Assembly: GCA_001949185.1 (NCBI GenBank)
Contig: BDGG01000002.1
Coordinates: 8,476,133 to 8,540,132 of the forward strand
Direction of reading: 5' to 3'
Length of the DNA: 64,000 nt
DNA from: Ramazzottius varieornatus
Taxonomy: Eukaryota; Animalia; Tardigrada
The first letter of the stretch is position 1. The number at the start of each line of letters is the position of its first letter. Made by a program: the position numbers and the translations under genes. Below are positions 38,361 through 60,674 of the stretch, one piece after another. Under the pieces are notes generated by a model, which saw only the letters and a program-made list of their open reading frames with translations, was not told the DNA's origin and did not search any database.

Positions 38361-39599
38361 CAGTTACCGATATACAAGCTGCAATACTGTGCGCTACGCC
38401 GACCGAGTCGACGTGATGGTTGCAGTACTCCTTTTATATACTGTCACTTCCACGGTGTTTGAGCAAAACCACAGCTTTGACAGTTCAATCAACCTTCTTT
38501 TTGCCGGCTTCCGAATTGGTCGAGCTTCCGTCAGCCTCCGTCAGACTGGCTTCTCATCACGCAGATGCTATTATCCTCCTCCCTCCTTCAACGCAAAGCT
38601 GGTATCTTGAGCTGGAAACTGCAAGTGGCTAATGAATGTCACCACGCTTGCGTGACCGCCACTTCCAAGGAAATTATTATGGGAGGTATTTGGAGTGGTG
38701 AAGAAAATGAAGCTGAAAATCAAGGAGGATAATTGATCAATTGCTAGTAACAGAAACGGAAGTGGAAGTGCTTTCCAGAAAAGCTGACGGGCAGGTCACG
38801 CAGGTGGAACGTAGCTGTTACGAACTTACGACAAATTCGTCGTAATCTGGCGTATAGCGCTTGTGATTTGGATCGCCATGGTTTGTAACGGCAAGGAAGC
38901 AAGTTAGGTGGTGGGGTTATCTAGCCATCTGCCGTAGGCAAGCAAGCGCTGTTTATCCCTGGACGGGGCGGCCTTGTTCGATCAGATGTTGGGCCGCTGT
39001 TGTTTTTTTCTGGCAGGAAGTAGGCCGGCCATCGGCACCAAGCACCTTCGTCTGTCTCGCAGTCATTTCCTAGACCTCGATTGCCATCGGTTGTGGAACT
39101 GCGCCTCGCATCTACAACACTTTCCTTCCAACCATATCTGATCCGTCGTACGATGAACAAGCAAAAGCATCGAGGCATGTCATTTGCCAGAAAGCACAAG
39201 GAGACGTCGTCGAGAGAGCCTTTCTCGGAGAGAGCTGGACACTTGCTGCCAACAGAGAGCCAGAGCCGGACTAAGCAAAAAAGCTAGACAGAAAGGACTC
39301 CAGCTGCAGCAGAACATGCACCACTACTGCTTTGTAGAGGAGAACTTTCAGCTACAGCGACAGAGAAATTTCATCTTTTGAAACAGCAGCAACACAATAC
39401 GAAAGGGAAAAGCTCCTTTGCCGCGGTTACTCAATGTTACTCTCACTCAGATAAGAGGCATGGCTTTTCACACGGCATCTTTCTCCAATGTGACGCAGAC
39501 ATTCTTCATCCTGTAGCCCCTGTAACAATCGTAATACATACTAGTGGCAAAAAGACAGGTGGGCATTAGTTTGCAGATACCCTATTTGAGGCCTTGACT

Positions 39600-40677
39600 T
39601 ACATTGGAACGAGGAAAGTCAGCAAGGCCTTGTACCTCTCCTCAGTGTCCGACACCGTCTCCGCACTGCCCTCTTGCCGGCTGTCATCAGTGGCCAACAG
39701 TCGCGTCTCAACCAGCAGCGTCTCTTTGCTGCTGCAGTGTGACGGGTGTGAGCTGCAACTGGCAGCGCTGTGGCCTCTCTTACGCTTCCTTCCCCCCTCA
39801 TCCTCCACCAGCGCCCGCTGACCTTCTCCACACAGCGTTACGGCGCCGTAGCGCACTGTTAAAGGTAAAGCCGAAGGCTGACCAGCATTTTGAGATGAGG
39901 CCTTCCTGACGATGACCGCCACCTTGTTGTTGGTCCGCAGCAGCTGACTTTCTTCTGCTTCCGTCTTTGTACGGACAGCTTCATGGCTTGGTGCCACCGA
40001 GGGAGACTCAACGTCAATGAGCAGTTGCCCTAGCTCTTCCTGCGCCTCTTCCGCACTGGCTGCTTTCTGAGCATTTCCGCTGGTAGAAGGGGTGCTGGTG
40101 GTAGTTGTGGTGGCGTCGGTGTTGGCAGCGTTTGCTCCGTCCTGACGGAGGACTTGAAAGAAGAAGGTACTAATATTGACGTATATTCTTTATCGTCTGC
40201 CATTCTTGCCCATTGATTGATCTAAGTACGAAGGAACTAACGGGCCATTTCCAGGACGGTGCGCAGGAGGCGTCGCGCCAAGATGAGGTATTCAACCTAT
40301 ACAGCAGCATCAATACTTCAGCCCTGTCTGAATATACCCTCTACGTCTATTTCCTCTTTGGCGGCGGCGCTACCGTCTACCTGTGTTTTTGATGATTCAA
40401 AGAGCTGCGCCTCGATCTGCACACTGTCCTTTGGCGTGGGATTGCCGTACAATGCGAACATTTTATCACTGTAATCACAACACGTATCGCTGGTCAAATG
40501 AAAGGGGAGCCCCTTAAGTAAGACATGATCCACTGTATGCACTGGCACGTACAATTCGGCAATGATTTGGTCTCGCTTCCGTCGGAATTCCTCCTTCATA
40601 CCCTGCTCCAGTCTGCTCTTCTTCTTTTCCGTCGGGTTATTCTTGTAATTGGGTAGCCGGGATTTAGGGTAGACCAT
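39600..40677 (-). CDS. protein with a MED15-like KIX domain followed by a low-complexity region; last exon(s) uncertain
   Basis: Exons 40677-40553, 40468-40381, 40296-40242 and 40152-~39602 splice in phase to EEFRRKRDQIIAEFDKMFALYGNPTPKDSVQIEAQLFESSKTQVEYLILARRLLRTVLE. This follows the MED15 KIX pattern (FRQ.VV..I...K.S..ME..VF..AKT..EYL..VARL). Confidence 0.62.
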
Positions 40678-41905
40678 GATACAGCAGACGATCAGAGATG
40701 TGAAGGAACACAGCCAATAAGAGTTATCCCCTTAGGATGGAGATGTTCACCTCCCTCCACCTGGAACCACAACAACAACACGTACACATGAAGAAGCTGG
40801 AAGTTGCAAAGATGCTCGATAAGATGCAGATGAATAGCTGTCGATAAGGAACAGAACGACACTCACCCATTCTCATCTACAAATCAAGACTTTGACGCCA
40901 CACTGAATAATGGACTATCTGTGCTCATTCACTTGCTTCACCTGCATCACTTCTGCAGAACGTTCCAGGAGATATTGAATGAAGATGTTGAAGTTGTCTC
41001 CGCCGTCGGTGATGACTTATGACAAGTGTGACGAGGTGGGCAGTCCAATTGCGCCTTGTCCCTCCTTTGATGTGGGCGAAGTCGATGCACTGTAGTCAAA
41101 CGTAGCACTGCTGCCTTTACCGTCCTATCCCCACCTACAGATGACCCGAGATATCGTGGAAGCTTCAGGCTGGAAGAAACAGAGGAAAGACAAGCATCGG
41201 TCAAGCAATTAAGGAGTTTTCTAGCTTCGATTAATTTTGTCTTACGTGTTGACTGTTGACGAGGCGAGGGCACTCTTTAAGCCAGAGCGTACTGCTGTGC
41301 TTCTTGAACTTGGCGTATGATGTCACAGCGTGTGTGTGCTGCATGCGTCATTCTACCCCTGTACTCTACGCAAACTCTTGTCGTCAGTTGGCCCAGTGCA
41401 AGAAACATCCCAGTTAGGTGCGCCGTTGCAGTTGTTGCCGAGTGTACCGAGCGAGACCAACTGGCCAGGTGGCGCCACCGGCCAGTCACATGGCGCGTCC
41501 AAAACTACGAATTTCTAATTTTCGATTCGCATCCGGTGGCTCCGCCCTTAATTTTCTCATCCCAACAAGGATGATGTCACTGAAGGACTTGACTGTGACG
41601 TCGCCAGCACTAACTTAGTTTCGGATTGATTGGATTGATTGTGAAGCCTTCCCTTCCGCTGCAAAGATTCTTTGATCACGATTCACGAAGTCAAAGTCTC
41701 GTTTTTGCGTGAGGACGTGGACGGCGGACTCGTGATCATCGCTTATCCGTCAATGTCGATTCTATAATTGGGCTGCAAGAGAGCTGTTTGGAGTGTGCCA
41801 AGGATGAAATGATCGGGAGGAGTGATAGTTGCGACTGAAGGAGCGGAGTTGCCAGCATAGCTCATGTGTGGCGAGCTGGTTACTTCTCCTTCGCCACACA
41901 GCAAG

Positions 41906-44582
41906 ATGTGGAACAGCAAGTTGCGTGTTCACACGATCAAAATCATCCTCATCACCTCGGTGATATGGCTTTTATTCGTATCAGCTGTCTTTGTGTACTT
42001 CTCGGATTTGTGTGATCGCAAAGCCGAGGATGCCCTTGATGCGGCAGGTAAGTTAAGTGCAACCGTGCGTGGCTTCCTTCTACATGTGACAGTCCATCAT
42101 GCTTTCTTTGTATAGAGGTTGCTGCCATCCGCGGAAGGCATGGAAGTAGTTCCACCGACAGGAAGACTTCCGATCTCGACAGCTCGAAAACAGGACGGAA
42201 GAAGAGTAGAAAGCCAGGAATGATTGGAAGAATGATTAATAAAGGTAAGGCGAGTTGATTGATGATCCTTGATTAGCCTGATTTGACTGGCCACGTTGTT
42301 GACCACGTGTACGATTGTATGGTTTCGCCATTGATTATGCCATGTGGTAGCGGGTACTTGGATACGTCTGTTTGGATACACCGTTGTGGTACGGTCAGGT
42401 AGTACGCGCTTGGAGGATCCAGTGGAGAAGGGGGTGATCAAGTGGTTTGTGAAGTTGGCTCGGTATATGTCATTATCACGTGGTCGGGTTATATAATTTG
42501 GTCCGGGTGGCGAATGCGTGACTTCATCGGGGAAACTCGGCGCAAAGTTCTCTTTGGTGTTTTCAGTGCTTCCGTCGAATCCCAACGGTCCCGGTGAAAT
42601 GGGCAAGGCGGTGGTGCTGACCGGTGAGGACGAGGAGAAGGCCAAGAGCATGTTCGGTGTCAACCAGTTCAACTTGATGGTATCGGAGCGGATAGCCTTG
42701 AATCGTTCGCTGCCCGACGTCCGCATGTCCCAATGCAAGAGCAAAGTCTACCCAGCGCCGGAAACGCTTCCCAAAGTCTCGGTGGTCATTGTCTTTCACA
42801 ACGAAGCTTGGTCGACCCTACTGCGTTCGCTGTACAGTATTATCAACCGTTCGCCGGTGGAAGTCTTGGAGGAAATTATCCTGGTGGACGACAAGAGCGA
42901 AGACAAGTTTGAGCACCTCAAGACCAGACTGGAAGAGTACCTGCCCACCTTTACCGAAGTTCCCGTCCGCCTCTTCCGCATGCCTGACCGAAGTGGACTC
43001 ATCCGCGCACGGCTAAAAGGCGCCAAAGAGGCCAAAGGTAACCGGACAGAGAGTTTTCTCGTGGTGGGGATGAAGGTATAATTTGCGGATGCCGTTGCAG
43101 GTGACGTGCTGCTCTTTCTGGATGCGCACATCGAAGCGACAGAAGGCTGGTTGGAGCCTCTGTTGACTCGAATAGCGGGCAACAAGAAGCGAGTAGTCTG
43201 TCCCATCATCGACGTCATTTCCGACGATACTTTCGAGTACATTACAGCCTCAGATATGACGTGGGGTGGCTTCAACTGGAAGTTAAACTTCCGCTGGTAT
43301 ACGGCGCCCAACCGCGAGATGGTGCGCCGCAACCACGATCGCACTCAACCCTTACAGTCTCCCACGATGGCTGGTGGTCTCTTTGCCATCGACCGAGAGT
43401 ACTTTTACGAACTAGGGGCCTATGACGAAGGCATGGATGTGTGGGGTGGGGAGAACCTCGAGTTTAGCTTCCGAGTCTGGCAGTGTGGCGGGGTGGTGGA
43501 GATTGTCACTTGCTCCCATGTCGGCCATGTCTTTAGGAAGTCGACACCGTACAAATTCCCCGGTGGCACGGCTACCGTCATCAACCATAATAGTCGGAGG
43601 GTGGCCGAAGTCTGGATGGACGAGTATAAGGACTTCTTCTACGCCATGAACCAGAATGCCAAGAGTATCGCGCTGGGCGATATCTCGGAGAGGTTGGCGC
43701 TAAGGGACAAGCTGGGCTGTAAGAGCTTCAAGTGGTACTTGGAGAATATCTACCCCGAGTCCATTGTGCCCATAGAGTACAAAAGTATCGGCGAGATGAG
43801 GAACCCAAAGACTTCCCGCTGTCTAGATACTTTCTCCAGGAAAAACGGTAATTCAACCAATCTACAATTCAAAATCCAAGAAAGAAATATTGTGGTTCAA
43901 TTCCAATGAATGAACCAACGCGACAAGACTGTTCTGAAGTGGCGCTCTAGGATCGATGGCTGGAAGTATGCCCCAGTTTAGGAAGCTGGACGAGATTGTT
44001 ATCCTAAGTGGCGCACGCGAACAGTTTTATCAACCGCAAGTGTGCGCCAATTGGGAAGGTCGACAGAAGTGTTTCCTCCAATAGCGCACGTGCTTAGTGT
44101 TACTGTCTCGTGGCATGCGCCACATGACAGAGCGGTTCTGTCGCGTTCCTTAGCCGAGTTCCCAAACATAAAAATAATAAAACAATCAATGAGACATGGT
44201 CACGAAGGACCTCTGGAAAGAGTGTCTGATGTTAACGATGCTGGTTGTTACAGGTGAAGCAGTGGCCTCCAGCGCATGTCACAACTTTGGTGGCAACCAA
44301 GCGTGGAGTTTGACGGCCAAAGGTGAGATTGAGAACGATGAGTTGTGTTTAGATGCGTCCAGCTCGTCGGCGCCGGTACGGATGGTGACATGTCACCGGA
44401 AGAAGGAGAACCAAGAGTGGAAGTACGACGTGGCCAGCAAGCACCTGCAGCACGTCAGCCTGAAGATGTGCCTCAGCGCCGTCACGGACACCAATAGTCC
44501 CGACAGCATGCGCCTGTACCCTTGTCAAGCCAACGACCCCTACCAAGTGTGGGAACTGGGGGGATACAAAGATGAACTGTAG
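41906..44582 (+). CDS. GALNT1: polypeptide N-acetylgalactosaminyltransferase (GALNT1/13, pgant5-like), 5 exons
   Basis: Exons 41906-42047, 42116-42244, 42567-43037, 43101-43847 and 44254-44582. N-terminal [40 protein letters not shown], ricin lectin QxW repeats. Confidence 0.93.
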
Positions 44583-45153
44583 CAGCAACACTGCGGCTTT
44601 CAGCCTTCTTTCCAGCGCGAGCTTCTTGCGCGAAGTTTTTGTTTACTGTTTGCCATCTTTCCCTCTTTTTGATATCTGTGCATAGTTGTAATTTATTTGC
44701 TTTTGTAATACTTGTTATTATGCTATAGTTTTATTTGTATGGATCAACTTGGCAATATGGACGATGGTGAAAGTAGCGCTGTTAGTTTTTTATTCTGCAG
44801 TAGCCGAAAGTATAGCCGGTGTAATGTAAGAGAAAAACGTGAATGGGATGGAATTAAAGAGTACTTTATAGGTTTACCATGGACTATCCAAACTATCAGC
44901 TATGACTGTTTCAGTCATTTTCAGGCTTGGTCACCTTCGTAAGGTGGACGAACCCATCAATGTGCCACTCACTTGGGCATAAAATGCTAATGTTATTGTC
45001 CATGAAGCTGACTGTGGTACTTCCTCGTTAGTGCGCTACTCGATCTTATCCACCGCACAGGTTTGGAAATACTGTACATCGCAGTTCTTGAATGACAGGC
45101 GAGTCGTCAGTGCTCGGACATCGGCATTATTTGAGTAAATAGGGTTCAGCAAC

Positions 45154-46018
45154 ATGTTCTTCAAATTCCTGCTGATAAGTGGGCTGACGGTCATGGTGAA
45201 ATGTCAGCGAGACCCCGTGGGCTATTTCTCGCAGAACAAGTGCTTCTGCTCCGAATCCAGCTTATTCTGCTGTCTTCTGATCAACAACGACGGCGACCCG
45301 GCGCTTGCCGACTTTCTGTACGGTAACACAAGTAAGGGTGATGCAGCGGAATATTATAGCTGGCCCGGCGTGGAAGTCGACGTCGAGAGCTCGCAAGACG
45401 CCGTGGAGGCTCAGCCCGTGAGGCACAGGGTGGAGTTTATGAATTTGCCAGACTTCGTTGAACCAGCCAACCTGACGGATGTGAGCCCAGTGGAAGTTGG
45501 AGGGTCGACCGTAAGCGGTAATTCCTCGACTACAACGACACCGCCACCGGTATCACATTCAACAGGTAGTCACTTCTTATTGTACGCTCTCCCTGTCGGG
45601 TGATCGAATTATGGTTACCGAGTACCGACTGGCTTGCCGCTGCGAATTCCAAGTATTTTTCTGTTGTACATAGGTACAGAAAGCGACACAGTGCAGAGCG
45701 CAACGAACGAATGGGAAAGTGGCGCCAGCAACGGTCATTTTGTCGGTTCCTCGCCGGCGCACTTCGGATTCATGGGTTGCGGACAGGATGTCTGCTTGCC
45801 CAAAAATGGGCTACAGGAATCGGAAAGGGGATGTGGATACTACCTAAACTGCTGGTAAGCTCCTCAGAAATTATCCAGTGGTTTCTGAAATATGATTTCT
45901 ACAGTAGAAGTCTCATATACGCAGCTCTGTGCACTGTGTGAAGAAAGCTGGGAAACGTAGTGTGTGCTTGGCAGGAACTATTGTGGATGGACGCAGAAAT
46001 GCCCCGACTTTCTGGTAG
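45154..46018 (+). CDS. secreted protein with an acidic/S-T-rich middle and a C-terminal knottin-like domain (3 exons)
   Basis: Signal peptide MFFKFLLISGLTVMVKC. Exons ~45154-45565, 45674-45854 and 45925-46018 give ...CLPKNGLQESERGCGYYLNCCSVHCVKKAGKRSVCLAG...W*. Confidence 0.7.
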
Positions 46019-46435
46019 GTGGGCCAATTTGTATTGCCTGCCAGTATCATTTGTCGGCGCTTTGTCCAATTTCTTCTGGAAATTTGTAGGTGTTTAATAG
46101 GGAAAAGCAGTGGTGCGACTGGCCCTGGCGTCTTGCGGCGGACCATTCTTGTCACGGCAGCTGGCCAGGCGAAGTCTTCAAGCGCAGGAGAGTTCCACTA
46201 ACCACCGAAAGGCCCATGGAGGACAAAGTGGCACATCGGCAACATAATCGGTTAACGTAGTGTGCGTACCTCCGGCGCCACGGGTTTCATATCCTTAGCC
46301 TGGCTTCCCCCATTTTCCGGCGAAATACCAGTGTTTGAAAGAAAGCACATGACAGTTCCCTTACAAACCGCATAAGTTAATTTGTGTGGCTGGGCAGGTT
46401 AAACTCGATAGTCACTGTTAAAGGAGCCTTGTCAC

Positions 46436-46586
46436 CAAGGGCATATTGAGGTCCCCAAAAGGTCCGCAATTTGGCCCTTTTTCTACGATGTCGCCCGTCC
46501 GGCCCGCGCCTGGCGCAACCCGAACCGACATTCCGTAAAGAATAGGGCCAATTTGCGGACCTTTCAGGGACCTCAATACACCCTTG
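46436..46586. mobile_element. 151-bp MITE with ~45-bp TIRs (CAAGG termini; P- or hAT-like)
   Basis: caagggg..tattgaggtccc.aaaggtccgcaa.ttggccct at both ends in inverted orientation. Perfect 8-bp TSD CTTGTCAC at 46428-46435 and 46587-46594. Confidence 0.92.
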
Positions 46587-47915
46587 CTTGTCACATTTGC
46601 GCGCTTGTTGATCGAAGTTGACCGCCTATGGGCGACCACTCAATTTCGACGATATTCATGGGATATCGCGTTGGAACAGCCCATCCTTGTGCCGGCAACC
46701 CCTGGAGGTAGTCATTCAAAAATAGCATGGGTAAATAAGTCAGTTGCTCGTCATAGCACTGCAGGTTGCTGATGTCCTGCCTATAGGACTGATAGCAAGG
46801 TATGAACAATCTGGAAATGAAATTGTCCATGCTGCTTCATGAAGGATGGTTAACGTTGTGCCATGAACGTAACATTGTTTGCGAAGATGACTGTCTTCCC
46901 CTGTTTTATTCGGTCAAGTGGACTGATGCACCATCGGTAAGGGAGCATTAATTCCTTCATGACGTCAGGTTCTCCAGGAGGGTTGACGGGTCCCGAAAGC
47001 TGACGGCAGTGCTGTTTAGATCCAGTGGATTCCGTGACTGTCTGACAGGGTAGGAGGAGAGATGGTTAGGCTTTCTAATATGACGTCACCAATGAACTTG
47101 CCAACGGGCAACGGTACCCTGGATAAAAACGCGGCAAAGGCAGTGGCGCTGGGGTGTACGGTTTTGCGAGACAACGAAACCGCCGCTGACGAGCATTTTC
47201 TGCCTTTGACTACATGCGCTCAAGGCCGGGCTGCAAGGACCAAATTAGCCTTGTCAACAGCGCCGTATCAAGAAGCCCGAACTTGCGCTTTGCCCAAACA
47301 TAAATTGGTCGAGTCCATGGCCAAGCCCGACACTAGCGCAGAAAGAGTTTACGGACTTGCTTGAAAGTACAATGTCTATTCTTCGAGGTGTCACGTTCCG
47401 ATTTGCACAGCGGTCACGCGCTGCAACGTCTAACAATATCGATACTTTGCTCGACGACTTTTTCGTCAGCTCGCCCGGGGCGTCCGGTGTACTACACTCT
47501 TTCCACGAAAAAAGATGAGTGTATAGGCAGCTGCACAGTCAATCAATCAGCCGCCCCGTCATGGAAAGTCCGAAGAGTTGCCCATCGGGAAAAAGCCTGA
47601 AATGACGCCTTTGTCTCAGCTGCATGTTACCACCCCGTCATGAGTACGCGGGGGACGGCAGGACGACGCTTGCGCATTGAATTAGTCTACATAATTCTTC
47701 TCGGGCACAAAGGAGGAAGGATAGCCAGTGGTCAGCTCATTCAGCAATGCAGTTACGCACCCGTTCATGATCAGGAAACGTACGAGCAGATCCTTATCAT
47801 TTCTCATGATTTCTATCGGCCATTCCGTCTGCGGCAGCAGCAGTCAACATTCGACCATAAGACACTTTTCCGCTGCAGATAGCTCTAAATAGTTTGTTCA
47901 CTGGTGCAGCCTGAA

Positions 47916-48952
47916 ATGGCTTCACTTGGTATCTGGCGTTTCTTCCTGAGCGTAGCATGCTTTGCTATTGTAGCTGCCAGGTTGCGTTTCACACTGGAGG
48001 ATATTGGCGATGGAAGTGAAGAGCTACTGGACATGTCCCATGAGTACAACGAAAACACCCCCTTCTGGCCCACTATCGAGAAGAAAGGCCAACATTTCCA
48101 ACTTCAGCCGACACAAAATGGCCACAGCCACCGATTCGGATACTATTATCACGCCAACGTCATCAAGATGAGCGACCATGGAGGAACTCACGTTGATGCC
48201 CTCAACCACGTCAACAAGAACCCGGTCGAGTACGTATTCACACAGCCACACTATCCGCCTCTAACTTTCTGCGTTACGTTAGTAGTGAGGAAAATTAGTC
48301 ATATTATTGCAACGAAATAATTATTACCAACATATATGAACACGTTTACCTATTTGAAAAACTTTCGAGAACGATGATTCGTCTTTTGATACTGGATAAA
48401 CTTCGTTTCGATGCTTTTCCTTGCAGCGATGGTATTGATCGGACCCCGCTGAAGCAGTACTTCGGAGCGGCCATGGTGGTCAACATTTCAGCGCGGTGCT
48501 TGGCGGACCGCAACTACCAGCTGAAGGTCTCCGATCTGCTGGCCTTTGAAAACACGCACGGCAAGATCAGCGACGGTTGCCTTCTCTTCATCTACAGCGG
48601 CTGGGGCGCCAAGATCCACAACAAGACAGACTTTTGGGGTAGTGGCGACTACTTTAACATATCCAGCCTACAATACCCGGGCGTCAGTGCCGAAGCGGCA
48701 GAATGGATCGTCAAGCATCGCTTGGTCAAACTGGTCGGTGTGGAGACGGGCTCTATCGACCACGGCCAAGGCGGACTGCGTCTGTCTAGCCATGTCCTGT
48801 TCTTGAGCAACAAGATCAACGTTGTGGAGAGCGTGGCCAACTTGGACAAACTACCAGCCAAAGGCGCTTTCGTCTTCGGACTACCCATGAAGATGAAGGC
48901 CGCTAGTGGAAGCCCTATTCGTCTAGTCGCTGTCGGCTGGAACAAGAGCTAG
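47916..48952 (+). CDS. secreted cyclase-family metallohydrolase (kynurenine formamidase KynB / isatin hydrolase-like), 2 exons
   Basis: Exons 47916-48229 and 48427-48952. Signal peptide; DMSH...TPFWP; HGGTHVDALNH (HxGTHxDxxxH); SGW; YPGVSAEAAEW; VGVETGSID; ESVANLDKLP; GSPIRLVA. Confidence 0.92.
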
Positions 48953-49750
48953 GCCTAGCCGACCACCACCCACCGCCATCTGGCGGAGAGCCCAACCAAC
49001 TTCCTCCTTTCTGGCCGCGACATAAGGTTACTGTAACTTAGCAGGGGACTCGCACACGCAGATTCTGCTTCTTTTTGTTTGCTTCAAGATAGGCTCCGTT
49101 TTCTTAAACCGCACAGTTGATATACGCTCATTTGTTTCTGGCCAGATTCCAAACCGCTTCGAATTGCGGAATAAAATATATTACATCGCTGTGCTATCAC
49201 AGACTTTGTGAACAAGGTTCCAGAGACCGGCGTATACGTCAGTGGCCTGGTGGCTGACGCAGAAGGTCAGGAAAACACTGCGCGAGAAAACAGACGCACG
49301 CAATCGTCCTCCTCCAAAGTGATGCTCTCCTTTTATTTTTAGTTACTTTTGTGTGTAAGCTCTTTGTAAGAGCGCCACTTTTCAGCTCATTTTACTCTGA
49401 TTTTTTCCATTCCAATTACAACAACGCTAAGGATACACAGATTGAGCTGCCACCGCCGGATGGAAGCTCGACTGTTCACACAAAAATTTTCCAAATGGGC
49501 GCTGCAGCCCAGTTTGTCGAAAGTAGTAACCGGTACTTTTTTTAAGGGGAATGCTATAGGCACCCCTGTCACACGCCCGTTGGGCTATAGGCACCTCCGG
49601 TTTAATTCATTAATTCCAACACCCCTGTAATGCGATATGACTATAAAGACCCCTGTTCTTGAAATCAGTCTTGATAATATTGTGATGATCTGTATTGATA
49701 ATTCATGTGGCCCATTGGTGTGCAGTTTCATGGCCGAGGTTGCGCAGTAT

Positions 49751-50278
49751 GGGGCGCCGTTTGCATAAAAACTTTTGAAGCGTTCTTTGGTAAGAATTGA
49801 TGCAGAACCACCTTACACCCTTTGCCAGAGTTTCAGTTTGCACCATTTTTCATTTCACACTTTGTGCAGAATTCTAAAACTCTGGCGCGAATTCATGCAG
49901 CGGGAAACGGCAGCGTGAAACCGCGTGTCTTTTCTGAACCTGGTCGTCCCTCCCCCTCTGCGTCGTACGCGCGTACAAACAAGAACGCAATCTTGGACGT
50001 CACCACATAGTGGTGGTATGCGCTGTATGGTGACGTAAGGAGCCTTGTTTCTGCATACCTGCGCGTATGACTCAGTGGAGGAGGGGCAAACAAGCTGAAA
50101 AAAGACACGTATTTTTGTGCTTCTTTTTCCGCTGCACTAATTCTCGCCAGTGTTCGAGGATTCTACAAAAGGTGCGAAATGAAAAATCGCGCAAACTGAA
50201 ACTCTGGCGAAGCATGTTAGGCGGTTTAGGAAACTGCGAGAATTCTTGACGAAATAGTTGTAATGCAAACGGCGCCCC
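49751..50278. mobile_element. MITE with ~190-bp imperfect TIRs (GGGGCGCCGTTTGCAT termini) and a 2-bp TSD (AT or TA)
   Basis: tatggggcgccgtttgcat ... atgcaaacggcgccccata; the internal ccagagtttcagtttgc / gcaaactgaaactctgg pair also mirrors. Confidence 0.88.
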
Positions 50279-51522
50279 ATAAGCAGTTGCTGTCTGCAAT
50301 CTGCATGCGGCAATCGACGTCTTGCTGTCGACGGACGAGCCGATCCTGGCTGTGCTACAGCCACACTTCTACGCGACAGAATTTCAAGCCATCATTCTGT
50401 CAAGTGTAACCCGTAGGTTGGCTGAGAGCCGCCTTTCGCAGTCACTTTTGTGTGCTGGCCTGGGGTTCTTATTGGTCTGTTGAGTTTGCGCCTTCCAACC
50501 ACCATTGCATTGATCCGTTACCTTCGTACTTACCCTGTAGCTGTTTCTTGCCGATATCTGCCTTTGCTTGGAATACTTCCTGTCCTTAATAAATTAGTCT
50601 GACGGTTTCAGAGTTGCAAGTCACATTTCTGCCACTTTTTCTGAATAGACTTATCAGCAAGTCAGCGGGGTTCCCCCTCCAGTTCACTAGCGCTACCTTC
50701 TTCTCCTACCGCCATTAACTCTGAATAAGTTCCCCCTCATCCTTCTGGTTATACATAGAAAAAGTCAGCCGCACTAGAAATGGAGACGGGTGTCAGAATG
50801 ATGACCTGATCACTTTCTGCAGCGCTTTTTCAGAATGGGCCCGCATGCAGAGTGCGCCATCAATGTGGCGCATTCGGCTCGAGCCACAGTAACTTCAAGC
50901 TCGAGCCACAGGCCGAGGTCTCGGACACATCTCACGGCAGATTATCCAAGAAGTATTGCTACGGTCTTGCTTTCTTTCTCCTTGCAATCGCCTGGCCAAA
51001 CAGTTTGCAGTGGGGCTGAAATATGCAGTACACGTTCTGGGCAAACTTTACGGCGTTGTGCTGGTGGTGTTTTGACAAGACAGTGGCATGATAATCCAAA
51101 CGTTGTTGAGAATGGCTGTCGCGCGGTTACTTTCTTCCCGCAAGGCATGCGGAACTAGCCTGCGGTCACCCACTCGCTTTCGTTGCAATACTTTTGCGTA
51201 AGACATACGAAGGCCTTACACTGCAAGCGCCACAGTCCTCCATTTTGAGCTATCTTTAACAAGTCATGATAACAGACAGAGGTGGCTATTGACTGGAGAT
51301 ACTTTCAACCATCTTGATACCAATCGTGTTACCTACCATAAAGGTAAATCTACTTCGGTTCCGCTTCTGTTGTTCCTTCCAACTGAAAGATCCTAGCTAA
51401 TTTATTCTATCGCCCGCAGCGAAGTCATATCGGACCCCAACTTGACTTTAAAAGAGTAGGCGACCAAGTTGGTGGGGGCTGCGCACACAAGATCCCGACC
51501 GCTGTCCAACTATTGGTCGACA

Positions 51523-60674
<9,152 letters not shown>

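Noticed and set aside
46590-47470. Possible decayed minus-strand gene next to the 151-bp MITE
   Set aside because: I could not assemble a consistent frame or recognise any domain.
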